A stretch of 64,000 bases of DNA from a virus, in IMG/VR virus record IMGVR_UViG_3300045988_171839, positions 1 through 64,000 of that record. The stretch is one strand, 5' to 3'. The first letter of the stretch is position 1, and each line of letters begins with the position of its first letter. The translations under genes were made by a program, and so were the position numbers. The notes beneath the pieces are model-generated. The model was not told the DNA's origin, ran no database searches, and was given only the letters and a program-made list of their open reading frames with translations. Positions 44,938 to 53,088 of this stretch are shown one piece after another.

Positions 44938-47809
44938 AGTCACAATCTCCTCCAAATAAGTTATCAGCATCGAAGTCAAAATCTAAATCTTGCCCCAAAA
45001 TTTCTTCCCACGCCGCTTGATTCCAATCGTCATCATCACACAACTCGCTGACTCGATCTTCGTGAATTACTTGTAAAGTGTATCGATTACCAAGGTATTC
45101 AAATCCAACTTCGTTTTTCACGGGAATTTGGACAATTCCACGAGGGATTAAATCCAACACGCTTTCGTCTAAAATGTCCCAAGCAAAATCCCAATTAAAC
45201 TGTTTGTATTCTTTTGATAAACAATGGCAGTAGTAAAGCAATTCTTTGCCACTGAACGACGCAGACTCAATCGCCTCTTGAATTTCCGTTCTGATAAATG
45301 TCATTGCTCCGAATCTAATCTCATCATATTCGTCACGATTCGGTAAATCAATATTATCAACAATGCTCTCCAAGGTTTTTACTTGTTTACGCGCTGTATA
45401 TTTGCGATACAAATCTTTAACAATAGCAAACCGTTCTTGATCAAATTCAAAACAATCCTCAAAGGTGGGTAACATACTTACCGCGTTTTTGTTGAAATTA
45501 ATATCAAAATCGACATTTTCAAATTCCTTACACAATATATTCATTATGCACGGTGCGGTGATTAGTGGCGAATACTTTTGATAACGGCGTACCAAATTCA
45601 TCTCGTCTTCTGACTTATTGGGTTTGGTTAAAAGTTTTTTAAATTTAATACCAAACATATTTTTGGACGCCATATTGTAACTGTTTTCGTATTGCTTGAA
45701 CTGTTGGTTTAACTCTGGATATAAGTATCTAAAGAAATATGGTTTTTTAGAAATAACCATCGAGTTTCTTTTATATTTATCCGCCTTAACCGCATCAGTG
45801 TCATCATCATTAATTCGGATGAATTTCTTCCACTCTTTCGGCAACTCCGGCGCGGCTGTTCCTTTAATGCGATCAATTTCTTGACCAACAATTTCTCGAA
45901 GTAATTTAATACGCAAAGTGAGTTCGTCTCTTTGTTCTTTTTGGGTGTCTTTTTGGAAAATTCCCTTCATTGCGTGCATTATTGTTGCGCAGTTAGAAAA
46001 ACCTCCAACCCCAGTTCCCAAACCGCGAATATCGGTCGCGATTGAATTCTTTAAACAAATTTTCTGAACCGGCACCGCACCTTTCTCATATGTAATGACA
46101 TTATGCCATTTTTGCGCACCCTTGATAAAGATTTTATTGTCCGTGGACATTACTACGTCGCCGTCAAAATCACTGTCAGAATGTCGTAATGTTGAAGTAT
46201 CATATATACTGTAAATGATTCCACTCTTAATATATTGATACCAATAGTCCATATCTTCGGACGATACTACTTTACAAGGGTTGTGTTCGTGCGAGTCAAT
46301 CATCGGACTGCGGCACAGGTCAACACAATCCACGTTTCTCTGCCTCCAAAAATTTGAATACACTTGGTCGGGCCCAAGTAACCCTACCGGTTCCAACCCA
46401 AGCGCCGATTGACACTGTGCTACGGGATCAGAAATCATAAAACTATAATTTCCTCTCACCCATATCTTACCAATCTTCGCCTTGTTTATCGTCTCAGCAA
46501 TATTGCGATATATTTTCTTCTGTACATGAGCGTCTTCCAACATTATCGGGTTTTTAATAATCGCCCTCAACGCCGTGCTTTGCGCCCCATTATACAATTC
46601 TTTAAAACTGACTTGTTCACCCTTGCAACCCAACATATACAACATTGTATACAATTGGTCACCTGAGCAAATCTTTTTAATCCAATCAATCGTCGGTTGA
46701 ATCAATTCCAGAATATCATCCTTATTGATATCCAACACTTGCAGATATTGATAATTGGCCAGCACATATTCGTCATCGTACTTTTTATTATATCTCGCAA
46801 CTCCCCACTGAATACCAGCCGCATCTACATACTTTTGATATTCATACCAAGATACATAATATTTATACATCTTGAATTGAGATTCACTCAATATAACATC
46901 AATATCCTCCAACCTGTGTGAGATTCCCCACCGGTCACGAATTGAGTCAATACCGTGTGCAGCTCCAAATTCTCGAAAATCAAACGGAACCAAGCACCCC
47001 TTCACAAAAACGCTACGGACAACGAACGACGACGGCGTATATGATAAATTCATATCTTCTGCCCACAGAGCCGCAAACTTAGGATCTATCAATCCCTGTC
47101 CATCAGCGCAGTTTAACTCGATATCCATTATTCTTTCTTTAATCTGTTTTTTCCCAGTCTCGGGATTGGGGCAAATCCAATCAACCGATTGATCCTTCAC
47201 CACATTAAAGAAATCCTTAACCACGCATACTCTCGGGGTTCGCACCCACATAACACTTGAAAACGCCAACGCAAAATACGCATGATATTTCGCCAAATTC
47301 ATTTCTGAAATTTTGGTGTCCAACCCGCACATCAGGTTTTTGTACAAGGTGTCATAAAGAGCTTCGTTAATAAAGGTAATAGTGTTGCGCCTCATTTGTC
47401 CCGAGCCGCAACAAAACCTCACATAATGAATACCGTTAACGTCAAAACCATTCTTGGCTAATTCTTTATATTCTTTCTTGGTCACGACTTCAACGTTAAT
47501 AATATCTTTAACAAACAACGCATCTGTCAAAAACCGATTAAGAATACCAGCTTCCTTGGTTCGTCCCTCTCTCTTCGCTGCTCTTATAGCGCGACGAAAT
47601 TGTTGGACATCGTTAAAAATCTCTCGATGACTTCTGGTATCATTATAATATTTTCTGATTTGCTGAAAAACCAGATTATCACCAATTGATACCAGCGCCC
47701 CATCGCGAGCTGCCTTAGATTTTGAATAATTAACTATATTTAAGTTGTTCTCTACAATAAAACTAGATTTAAGTTTAAAAACTTGATATAGGTTTTGTAA
47801 ATTAGGCAC
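44927..47809 (-). CDS. Single-subunit two-barrel polymerase candidate (YonO / cellular-RdRP-like)
   Basis: 960 aa with a GTG start after GAGGAAG. Signatures: DSDFDGDVV (nt 46157-46171), CRSPMIDSHEH ~50 aa upstream (compare NRAPTLH...NADFDGD in beta-prime), and YVRFCCGSGQMRRNTITF (compare F.xFSxSQLR....W.F of RdRPs). Confidence 0.55.
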   Translation of the reverse strand: MPNLQNLYQVFKLKSSFIVENNLNIVNYSKSKAARDGALVSIGDNLVFQQIRKYYNDTRSHREIFNDVQQFRRAIRAAKREGRTKEAGILNRFLTDALFVKDIINVEVVTKKEYKELAKNGFDVNGIHYVRFCCGSGQMRRNTITFINEALYDTLYKNLMCGLDTKISEMNLAKYHAYFALAFSSVMWVRTPRVCVVKDFFNVVKDQSVDWICPNPETGKKQIKERIMDIELNCADGQGLIDPKFAALWAEDMNLSYTPSSFVVRSVFVKGCLVPFDFREFGAAHGIDSIRDRWGISHRLEDIDVILSESQFKMYKYYVSWYEYQKYVDAAGIQWGVARYNKKYDDEYVLANYQYLQVLDINKDDILELIQPTIDWIKKICSGDQLYTMLYMLGCKGEQVSFKELYNGAQSTALRAIIKNPIMLEDAHVQKKIYRNIAETINKAKIGKIWVRGNYSFMISDPVAQCQSALGLEPVGLLGPDQVYSNFWRQRNVDCVDLCRSPMIDSHEHNPCKVVSSEDMDYWYQYIKSGIIYSIYDTSTLRHSDSDFDGDVVMSTDNKIFIKGAQKWHNVITYEKGAVPVQKICLKNSIATDIRGLGTGVGGFSNCATIMHAMKGIFQKDTQKEQRDELTLRIKLLREIVGQEIDRIKGTAAPELPKEWKKFIRINDDDTDAVKADKYKRNSMVISKKPYFFRYLYPELNQQFKQYENSYNMASKNMFGIKFKKLLTKPNKSEDEMNLVRRYQKYSPLITAPCIMNILCKEFENVDFDINFNKNAVSMLPTFEDCFEFDQERFAIVKDLYRKYTARKQVKTLESIVDNIDLPNRDEYDEIRFGAMTFIRTEIQEAIESASFSGKELLYYCHCLSKEYKQFNWDFAWDILDESVLDLIPRGIVQIPVKNEVGFEYLGNRYTLQVIHEDRVSELCDDDDWNQAAWEEILGQDLDFDFDADNLFGGDCDYDS

Positions 47810-47811
47810 TC

Positions 47812-48360
47812 TTAATCTTCCTCTTTTTCGCGTTTAATAATATCTAGCAAATCATTCACCGTTTGTGTCAAATCTAAATTTGTCAAAACGTATTTATTTT
47901 TATATTCCTTCTCGAACTCACAGAACTGTGCGTCTTCCGCAGCCATTCTCTTCTGGACAATTTCAACATCATCGCCCCGTTTCGTCAAGAATCCACGTTG
48001 TACATCCGTAGGTACAGAAATCAAAACAGCCACAATTTTTAATGGATGCTTTTCAAAGTTCCAATACTTCCACAAATCTCCAAGTCCTTTAGGATCGATT
48101 ATATAAAAATCACTATTTAACACTTGCGTAACTGTAGCAAAATATTCCACATCTCCAATTACAGTCTGCGCAATAATATCATCTTTATATTTATCCACAT
48201 CCTCAGGTCGAATAAAAATGTGAGTGTCACCTTCGTTAACTCTCTTAGGACGTGTGGTATAAGAACACACTTTCTTCATTCCTGTCAGTTGGCACACACG
48301 ATCGACGACCGTATCTTTCCCGGCGCCACTTCTGCCAAGTACACAAAATAATGTTTTCAT
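47812..48360 (-). CDS. Guanylate kinase-like nucleoside monophosphate kinase
   Basis: P-loop GRSGAGKDT and SYTTRPKRVNEGDTHIF (the guanylate kinase S.TTR.pR..E..G motif). Confidence 0.7.
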   Translation of the reverse strand: MKTLFCVLGRSGAGKDTVVDRVCQLTGMKKVCSYTTRPKRVNEGDTHIFIRPEDVDKYKDDIIAQTVIGDVEYFATVTQVLNSDFYIIDPKGLGDLWKYWNFEKHPLKIVAVLISVPTDVQRGFLTKRGDDVEIVQKRMAAEDAQFCEFEKEYKNKYVLTNLDLTQTVNDLLDIIKREKEED

Positions 48361-48361
48361 C

Positions 48362-48931
48362 TTATTCCTCGATAATCGACGAAGGGTTCCCTACAAGTTC
48401 AGGGTAATCGGCATAAAACTTCACCAACGCTTCTAAGTCGTTAAAGTTATGTATGATATAAAAATCTTCCTCATTACCTTCAACACGGTTACGCTGATGT
48501 TCAACATCGCCAGTAAATAATACGACCATATCAGCTAAATAATTAGCGCACATACGGTAATCGCTGCCTATATATATAACCGAGTCTCCAAAAAGACGAA
48601 TCTTTTCTATATCCGCTGCGGTTGCCGTTCTATAAGCTTCAGCATAGCTTTCAATCTCGATAGTGAGCTTGCAGTTCTCCGCAAGTTCTGTGATGGTATC
48701 AAGAAAATCTTCCGCGCCCTCTCGAATCCACAAATCAGGTACATTCAGACTTTTGATACAATTAATGATTTCGAAATCATGATCTTGACCACAGACCGTT
48801 TGGAATTTGTTTTCGTAAAAATCGATTACAGAATAATTAGTGTTGTATTTTTCATTAAGTTTTTTGGTTATTGTCTCCGCACAATTAAAAATTACATTGT
48901 CTTCTACAATTAGGTGTAAGTGTTTGCTCAT
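48362..48931 (-). CDS. Hypothetical protein (first gene of the leftward operon)
   Basis: AAGGAAC SD. No motif recognised. Confidence 0.4.
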   Translation of the reverse strand: MSKHLHLIVEDNVIFNCAETITKKLNEKYNTNYSVIDFYENKFQTVCGQDHDFEIINCIKSLNVPDLWIREGAEDFLDTITELAENCKLTIEIESYAEAYRTATAADIEKIRLFGDSVIYIGSDYRMCANYLADMVVLFTGDVEHQRNRVEGNEEDFYIIHNFNDLEALVKFYADYPELVGNPSSIIEE

Positions 48932-49005
48932 AATAATGTAGTTCCTTAGAAGTTATATAGATTCCTAAAGAAAGAGGATATTCTCTTTCTTCTTATTCTG
49001 TTTAT

Positions 49006-49034
49006 ATTATAACACATATCATCTTTAATATCAA
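49006..49034 (-). promoter_or_regulatory. Sigma70 consensus-like promoter (leftward)
   Basis: The minus strand reads TTGATA, 17 nt, TATAAT. Confidence 0.6.
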
Positions 49035-49092
49035 CATATGATGACATTTTTGTAAAGTTTTAAAAATTTTTTTATTTTTGTGTCATTGTAGG

Positions 49093-49121
49093 TTGACTTT
49101 TCTTTTCAAAGTTGTTATAAT
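49093..49121 (+). promoter_or_regulatory. Sigma70 consensus promoter P1 (rightward)
   Basis: TTGACT (49093-49098), 17 nt, TATAAT (49116-49121). Confidence 0.65.
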
Positions 49122-49123
49122 TT

Positions 49124-49387
49124 GGGTGGTGGGCGGGTATAGATAAGAAGATCTTTCTTATTTATATATAAATATATAATAATTATAAATATTAATATAA
49201 ATAATATTAATTATAATTAATATTGTTATATATTAAAAAATTAATAATATATTAAAATATAATTAAATATATATAACATATTATCATATAACATATATTC
49301 TATCATTATAACATATAATATGTTAAATATATATTAAAATATAATATAATAAAAAATAGTGATCTCATTCTCCCGACCACCCACCCC
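49124..49387. other. A/T island bounded by an imperfect G-rich/C-rich inverted repeat; candidate origin / DNA-unwinding element
   Basis: GGGTGGTGGGCGGG (49124-49137) faces CCCGACCACCCACCCC (49372-49387). By my count there are 9 G/C in the 200 nt 49161-49360. TATAACATAT occurs three times (49272, 49287, 49307). The palindrome AACATATAATATGTT lies at 49310-49324. Confidence 0.5.
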
Positions 49388-49517
49388 TATTATACACAGA
49401 AAAATACCATTTGTCAACTACCAATGACAGAAAATACAAAAAAAATAACAAATATTTTTCCCAAAGAAAAACTACCACACATACTCACAGAATCTTAAAG
49501 AATTATGTCATCTACAG

Positions 49518-49546
49518 TTGACTTTTAGAATCAAATAGTGTATAAT
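49518..49546 (+). promoter_or_regulatory. Sigma70 consensus promoter P2 (rightward)
   Basis: TTGACT (49518-49523), 17 nt, TATAAT (49541-49546). Confidence 0.65.
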
Positions 49547-49647
49547 ATTAATATATAAGATATAAAGGAGTATAGTGATGTAATAATCCTAATTAAATAT
49601 AGCAACCCCTCTCAATTCAACACACAACTATTCTACAACGAGGCTAC

Positions 49648-49845
49648 ATGACACGCAAATCTAATCCTACAACGACGACAGCAACCCCACAACCACAAAA
49701 ACCACCAAAATCCCAAACTCCGAATCCTCAACCTCCGACGACTCGACAATTGCCCCGCGCAATTATCCACAAAAAGAAGAAACCCAAAAATCTTCCGCCG
49801 GAGCCAATAACCGAAGATTCTTACATAGATCAAGTTATGAGTTAA
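49648..49845 (+). CDS. Questionable Pro/Thr/Gln-rich low-complexity ORF
   Basis: 65-aa ORF with GAGG 6 nt upstream. Its composition may simply reflect the C/A-rich leader. Confidence 0.25.
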   Translation: MTRKSNPTTTTATPQPQKPPKSQTPNPQPPTTRQLPRAIIHKKKKPKNLPPEPITEDSYIDQVMS

Positions 49846-49870
49846 ACAACCAATCCCAAGGAGCAACCCA

Positions 49871-50239
49871 ATGTGCATTCTTCAAAAAACACTTCCTTAT
49901 ACTAACAAAACCCGCCAACGTCTCTCAAGGTATCCAACCATTTATATTATTTGTTATTGGGCTCGCGTTAGTTACTTATCTTTCCCTTTCACCGGGAAGT
50001 ACGATAATAAAGGTTTTCCCCTTGTGTACCAGTTCGACGATCACGACGGTCTTTATCCTGAATACTGCTTACGCAATGTTAATGAGGTTACCTCCGCTCA
50101 TATTTGTGAATGGACGACGAACGCTGACGACGTACAACGACTCATAACCAAATGGCAAACCAAATACGACGAACATCGCGCCGAAATGATTAAAACTTAC
50201 GAGGAAAACTTACAAGCTCATGAGAATAACTCTAACTAA
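49871..50239 (+). CDS. Hypothetical protein (paralogue 1 of the pair flanking the methyltransferase)
   Basis: AAGGAG SD. MCILQKTLPYTNKT...VYQFDDHDGLYPEYCLR is paralogous to the 50951-51382 product. Confidence 0.6.
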   Translation: MCILQKTLPYTNKTRQRLSRYPTIYIICYWARVSYLSFPFTGKYDNKGFPLVYQFDDHDGLYPEYCLRNVNEVTSAHICEWTTNADDVQRLITKWQTKYDEHRAEMIKTYEENLQAHENNSN

Positions 50240-50945
50240 CCAAAGTTGTTTTGACTTTCTCAAAACCACACCAGACAAATCAGTAGACTTGGTTCTCATC
50301 GATCCGCCCTACGAGGTTTCTAGAGATACAAATTTCCAATCAGGGGAACCCAAAGGCGCCGACACCGACCGCTTTCGAGTGTCGATGGATTTCGGCGAGT
50401 GGGATAATAATTTCACGGGGTTGGATTTGGTAATCAAAGAGTGCTACAGACTTTTAAAAGACGGCGGAACTTTAATATGCTTTTACGATCTATGGAAGCT
50501 CACAACCTTAAAAGAATATTTCGAGCTCGCGAATTTTAAACAGCTCCGTTTCATCGAATGGGTGAAAACAAATCCGGTCCCGCTTAATAGCAAGACAAAC
50601 TATCTCACGAATTCCAGAGAGATAGCCATCGTGGGTGTGAAAAAAGGGAAGCCGACATTCAATTCGGAGTACGACAATGGCGTTTATAATTATCCCATAT
50701 GTCACGACAAGAACAGGTTTCACCCCACTCAAAAACCCGTGGCTTTGCTTGAAGACTTGATTCTCAAACATTCGCACGAGAACGACACTGTCCTCGATTG
50801 TTTCGCCGGGAGCGGTTCGACCGCTGTCGCTGCCCACAACACAAATAGGAACTTCATTGGATGTGAACTATCGAAAGAATATTTTGATAAAACATTAGAT
50901 CGATTCCATAGTTTGGGTATCGAGTTTATAAACAATAAGGAGTAA
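50220..50945 (+). CDS. DNA methyltransferase, beta class (N6-adenine or N4-cytosine)
   Basis: Motif IV DLVLIDPPYE precedes motif I VLDCFAGSGSTAVAA. Confidence 0.85.
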   Translation: MRITLTNQSCFDFLKTTPDKSVDLVLIDPPYEVSRDTNFQSGEPKGADTDRFRVSMDFGEWDNNFTGLDLVIKECYRLLKDGGTLICFYDLWKLTTLKEYFELANFKQLRFIEWVKTNPVPLNSKTNYLTNSREIAIVGVKKGKPTFNSEYDNGVYNYPICHDKNRFHPTQKPVALLEDLILKHSHENDTVLDCFAGSGSTAVAAHNTNRNFIGCELSKEYFDKTLDRFHSLGIEFINNKE

Positions 50946-50950
50946 TCGCC

Positions 50951-51382
50951 ATGTGTATAGTAAGAAAACATTTACCCTACAATCAAAAAACTAAAGACAA
51001 ACTCGCTAAACTGCCAAAGATTTACCTCGTGGCCTGTTGGGCAAGTTATGGCACCCTCGAGTTTCCATTCCCGATAAAGTATAAAAAGGTCAAAGACAAA
51101 GATACTAAAATTGTCCGATATATTCCGCTGGTTTACGACTTCGATGATCACAACGGCGTTTACCCCGAGTACGTCCTCAGACCAATAACGTCAACGACTA
51201 CAGGATTGATCAAAGGATGGTTTTATACCAAACAACAAGCGAAGGATGTCGCTGATGTCTACGAGCGCTGTCGACGTCAGAAAGTGAGGGAGTATGCCTC
51301 ACGCACGGATGCTGAGTTTAGACATATGAGCCAAATTGAAAAAGAAAAATCCGATACCGACCAGGCAGGTGTGGGTGAATAA
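50951..51382 (+). CDS. Hypothetical protein (paralogue 2)
   Basis: TAAGGAG SD. MCIVRKHLPYNQKT...VYDFDDHNGVYPEYVLR. Confidence 0.6.
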   Translation: MCIVRKHLPYNQKTKDKLAKLPKIYLVACWASYGTLEFPFPIKYKKVKDKDTKIVRYIPLVYDFDDHNGVYPEYVLRPITSTTTGLIKGWFYTKQQAKDVADVYERCRRQKVREYASRTDAEFRHMSQIEKEKSDTDQAGVGE

Positions 51383-51451
51383 TCCCGTCAGCAGAGAACG
51401 ATGGGAAATATAAATTAGAGCGAAGATAAGGAACGCTCAAAGGAGTACAAT

Positions 51452-51757
51452 ATGAAATATTACAGTGAGATGACCGACAAGGTCTATGAAACAAAAGAAG
51501 AGTGCGAAAAAGCCGAAGAGGCTATTGTCGCAAAAAAGAAAGCCGAAGAAGAGAAACAGCTGGCTCTTAAAAACGAACGCGAGACGAGGTCGAAGGCTGT
51601 CGTCGACGCCTTTAAAAAGGCGCGAGAGGCTGAGACCGAAGCACAACGGCTGCTGAAGGAGTTCGTCAAGGACTACGGCTCTTTCCATATAAGTTATAAT
51701 GGGAAGAGTTCGATGCCGTCGATGTTCGATGTCTTGAATGACTTTTTCTGGTTTTGA
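51452..51757 (+). CDS. Hypothetical charged helical protein
   Basis: AAAGGAG SD. Followed by tandem terminators. Confidence 0.55.
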   Translation: MKYYSEMTDKVYETKEECEKAEEAIVAKKKAEEEKQLALKNERETRSKAVVDAFKKAREAETEAQRLLKEFVKDYGSFHISYNGKSSMPSMFDVLNDFFWF

Positions 51758-51761
51758 TTAA

Positions 51762-51792
51762 AAAGAGGAGTGCCTGGCTCCTCTTTTTTTTT
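51762..51792 (+). terminator. Intrinsic terminator
   Basis: AGAGGAG-tgcctgg-CTCCTCT followed by T9. Confidence 0.75.
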
Positions 51793-51810
51793 ATGTGTGA
51801 GGTGAGATGA

Positions 51811-51842
51811 GCGCTGACTACGGATGTCGGCGCCTTTTTTTT
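51811..51842 (+). terminator. Intrinsic terminator (second of a tandem pair)
   Basis: GCGCTGAC-tacggat-GTCGGCGC followed by CTTTTTTTT. Confidence 0.7.
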
Positions 51843-51912
51843 ATGGGGGAATTGGGAGGTGGGGTGGGGAAATGGGTTTATGAATATTTTTGTCCTGAAA
51901 TTGTATTTTCGA

Positions 51913-51941
51913 TTGAAAATATATTTCAAAAAGTGTAAATT
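51913..51941 (+). promoter_or_regulatory. Possible sigma70-type promoter for the large RNA
   Basis: TTGAAA, 17 nt, TAAATT. Confidence 0.35.
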
Positions 51942-51944
51942 TCA

Positions 51945-52856
51945 CTTTCAGCTTGCCTTTTTTAAAGGTGAAGACTGTAGTGAATTGCGCTTTGCTTGGA
52001 AATATGACGCTCTGCCGTCAACAATTGAAGAACAATTTCCGTGTCGAGTTTGTACTCGGCACGTTAAACATATAGTTCCTTGTGGCCTTCTCGATTGGCT
52101 CTCGAGAATAGGAAGAATTACCAAATTTATTTGGCAATACTTCCGGGATGAAATCTTACCATCCACAAGGAACTCCCGCCTGTTTCCTTTCGGGGGAACA
52201 GAGGCCAACCACTGGCGTTATAAGTGGGCTACCCAGATGAAGGGGCCTCAAACGAGGTAAGTAGTCTAGCCAACGAAAAATTCATCAGTTCCCGTAACAC
52301 GTATGGAGCTAAAGGGAAAGCCGTACGTGTTAGCGTTGGTGTGTTTTCACACCAAATTGGAAGCCCGACACTGCATTCAGGTGTGTTGGGCTGCACATAA
52401 AATGAATGAGCTGGTCGCTCAGGATAATAAACTGACCTGTAGAGGAGTCTACAGTAGAGAAATCTACATTAAATAACCTCCGAGCCAAGCGGAAACAGCA
52501 TTGGTGTGTTAACACCAATTTGGCATTAGTATCTGGGAGTACTAACCCCAGGCGCAGAGACAACTGCGTGTGTCCCACTTACAAAGAGGGCACAAGAGGG
52601 TGCAAACCCATCTCGGCAAGCCTGATTGTCGATATCCCTAAACGTGCCAGGGTGCGAAACCTGGTGAAGCGACATTCGTCGTCAGCGGAAACGCGGAGCC
52701 CCCTGAAAAGAGCAAAGGGCATCGTTGAAAGGATGGTTGCTGATTGTCTAACAACAGCAATGGAGGTAGCCAAAGGGATAGAAGTAATGGAGCTCAGTGC
52801 TGACGTGCTCGTCGTGGCTCTGCATCATCGAAAGGTGAACCAACAGCACAAAAACA
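51945..52856 (+). ncRNA. Large (~0.9 kb) structured non-coding RNA candidate, unclassified (GOLLD/ROOL-like context)
   Basis: No ORF with an SD, and GC is visibly higher than in flanking genes. Many perfect helices are present. One is an 11-bp long-range pair, GTTCCTTGTGG (52075-85) with CCACAAGGAAC (52163-73), that encloses nested hairpins. Others include TTGGTGTG/CACACCAA (52336-55), ATTGGTGT/ACACCAAT (52500-19) and a 12-bp stem TAACACGTATGG/CCGTACGTGTTA. Confidence 0.55.
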
Positions 52857-52857
52857 T

Positions 52858-52886
52858 CTCCTAGCTCCCAGGGAAAAGGGAAAAGG
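52858..52886 (+). promoter_or_regulatory. SD-proximal conserved box CTCCTAGCTCCCAGGGAAAAGGGAAAAGG (copy 0)
   Basis: The identical 29-mer recurs at 53053-53081. A variant lies at 53612-53638. Each copy ends 6-8 nt before an ATG. Confidence 0.5.
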
Positions 52887-52892
52887 AAAAAA

Positions 52893-53000
52893 ATGCAAAA
52901 CGAATTTGCAATCGGATTGTATGTCCCTGGTGTCTACAGTCCAGCCGAAGAAGATTTGCAAGATCTTCTCGACTGCTTTGAATACGCAGCCGCAATTTAA
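52893..53000 (+). CDS. Small ORF (35 aa), hypothetical
   Basis: The ATG follows the conserved SD-proximal box. It falls below the ORF-track size cutoff. Confidence 0.3.
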   Translation: MQNEFAIGLYVPGVYSPAEEDLQDLLDCFEYAAAI

Positions 53001-53008
53001 CAACTCAA

Positions 53009-53081
53009 CGCTACTGGCGGGACAAGCGCAAAAATGCCCTCAACCAATATAACTCCTAGCTCCCAGGGAAAAGGGAAAAGG
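53009..53081 (+). promoter_or_regulatory. Conserved leader element: 33-nt box plus SD-proximal box (copy 1)
   Basis: CGCTACTGGCGGGACAAGCGCAAAAATGCCCTC (53009-53041) is identical to 53569-53601. Confidence 0.5.
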
Positions 53082-53088
53082 CAAACTT

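Noticed and set aside
49141-49365. CRISPR array or tandem satellite in the A/T island
   Set aside because: There is no regular repeat-spacer periodicity, only three 10-nt iteron-like copies and general A/T low complexity. No cas genes are present.
51859-52864. ORFs of 133 aa (51859-52260) and 114 aa (52520-52864) in the ORF track
   Set aside because: They have no SD, atypical Trp/Cys/Arg-rich composition, and they cut across long perfect RNA helices. The region is better explained as structured RNA.
53009-53041. Twister or pistol ribozyme assignment for the 33-nt box (it contains ACAAGCGC and a possible GGG/CCC pseudoknot)
   Set aside because: I could not place the conserved twister or pistol core nucleotides or a plausible cleavage site. 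I left it as an unclassified conserved box.
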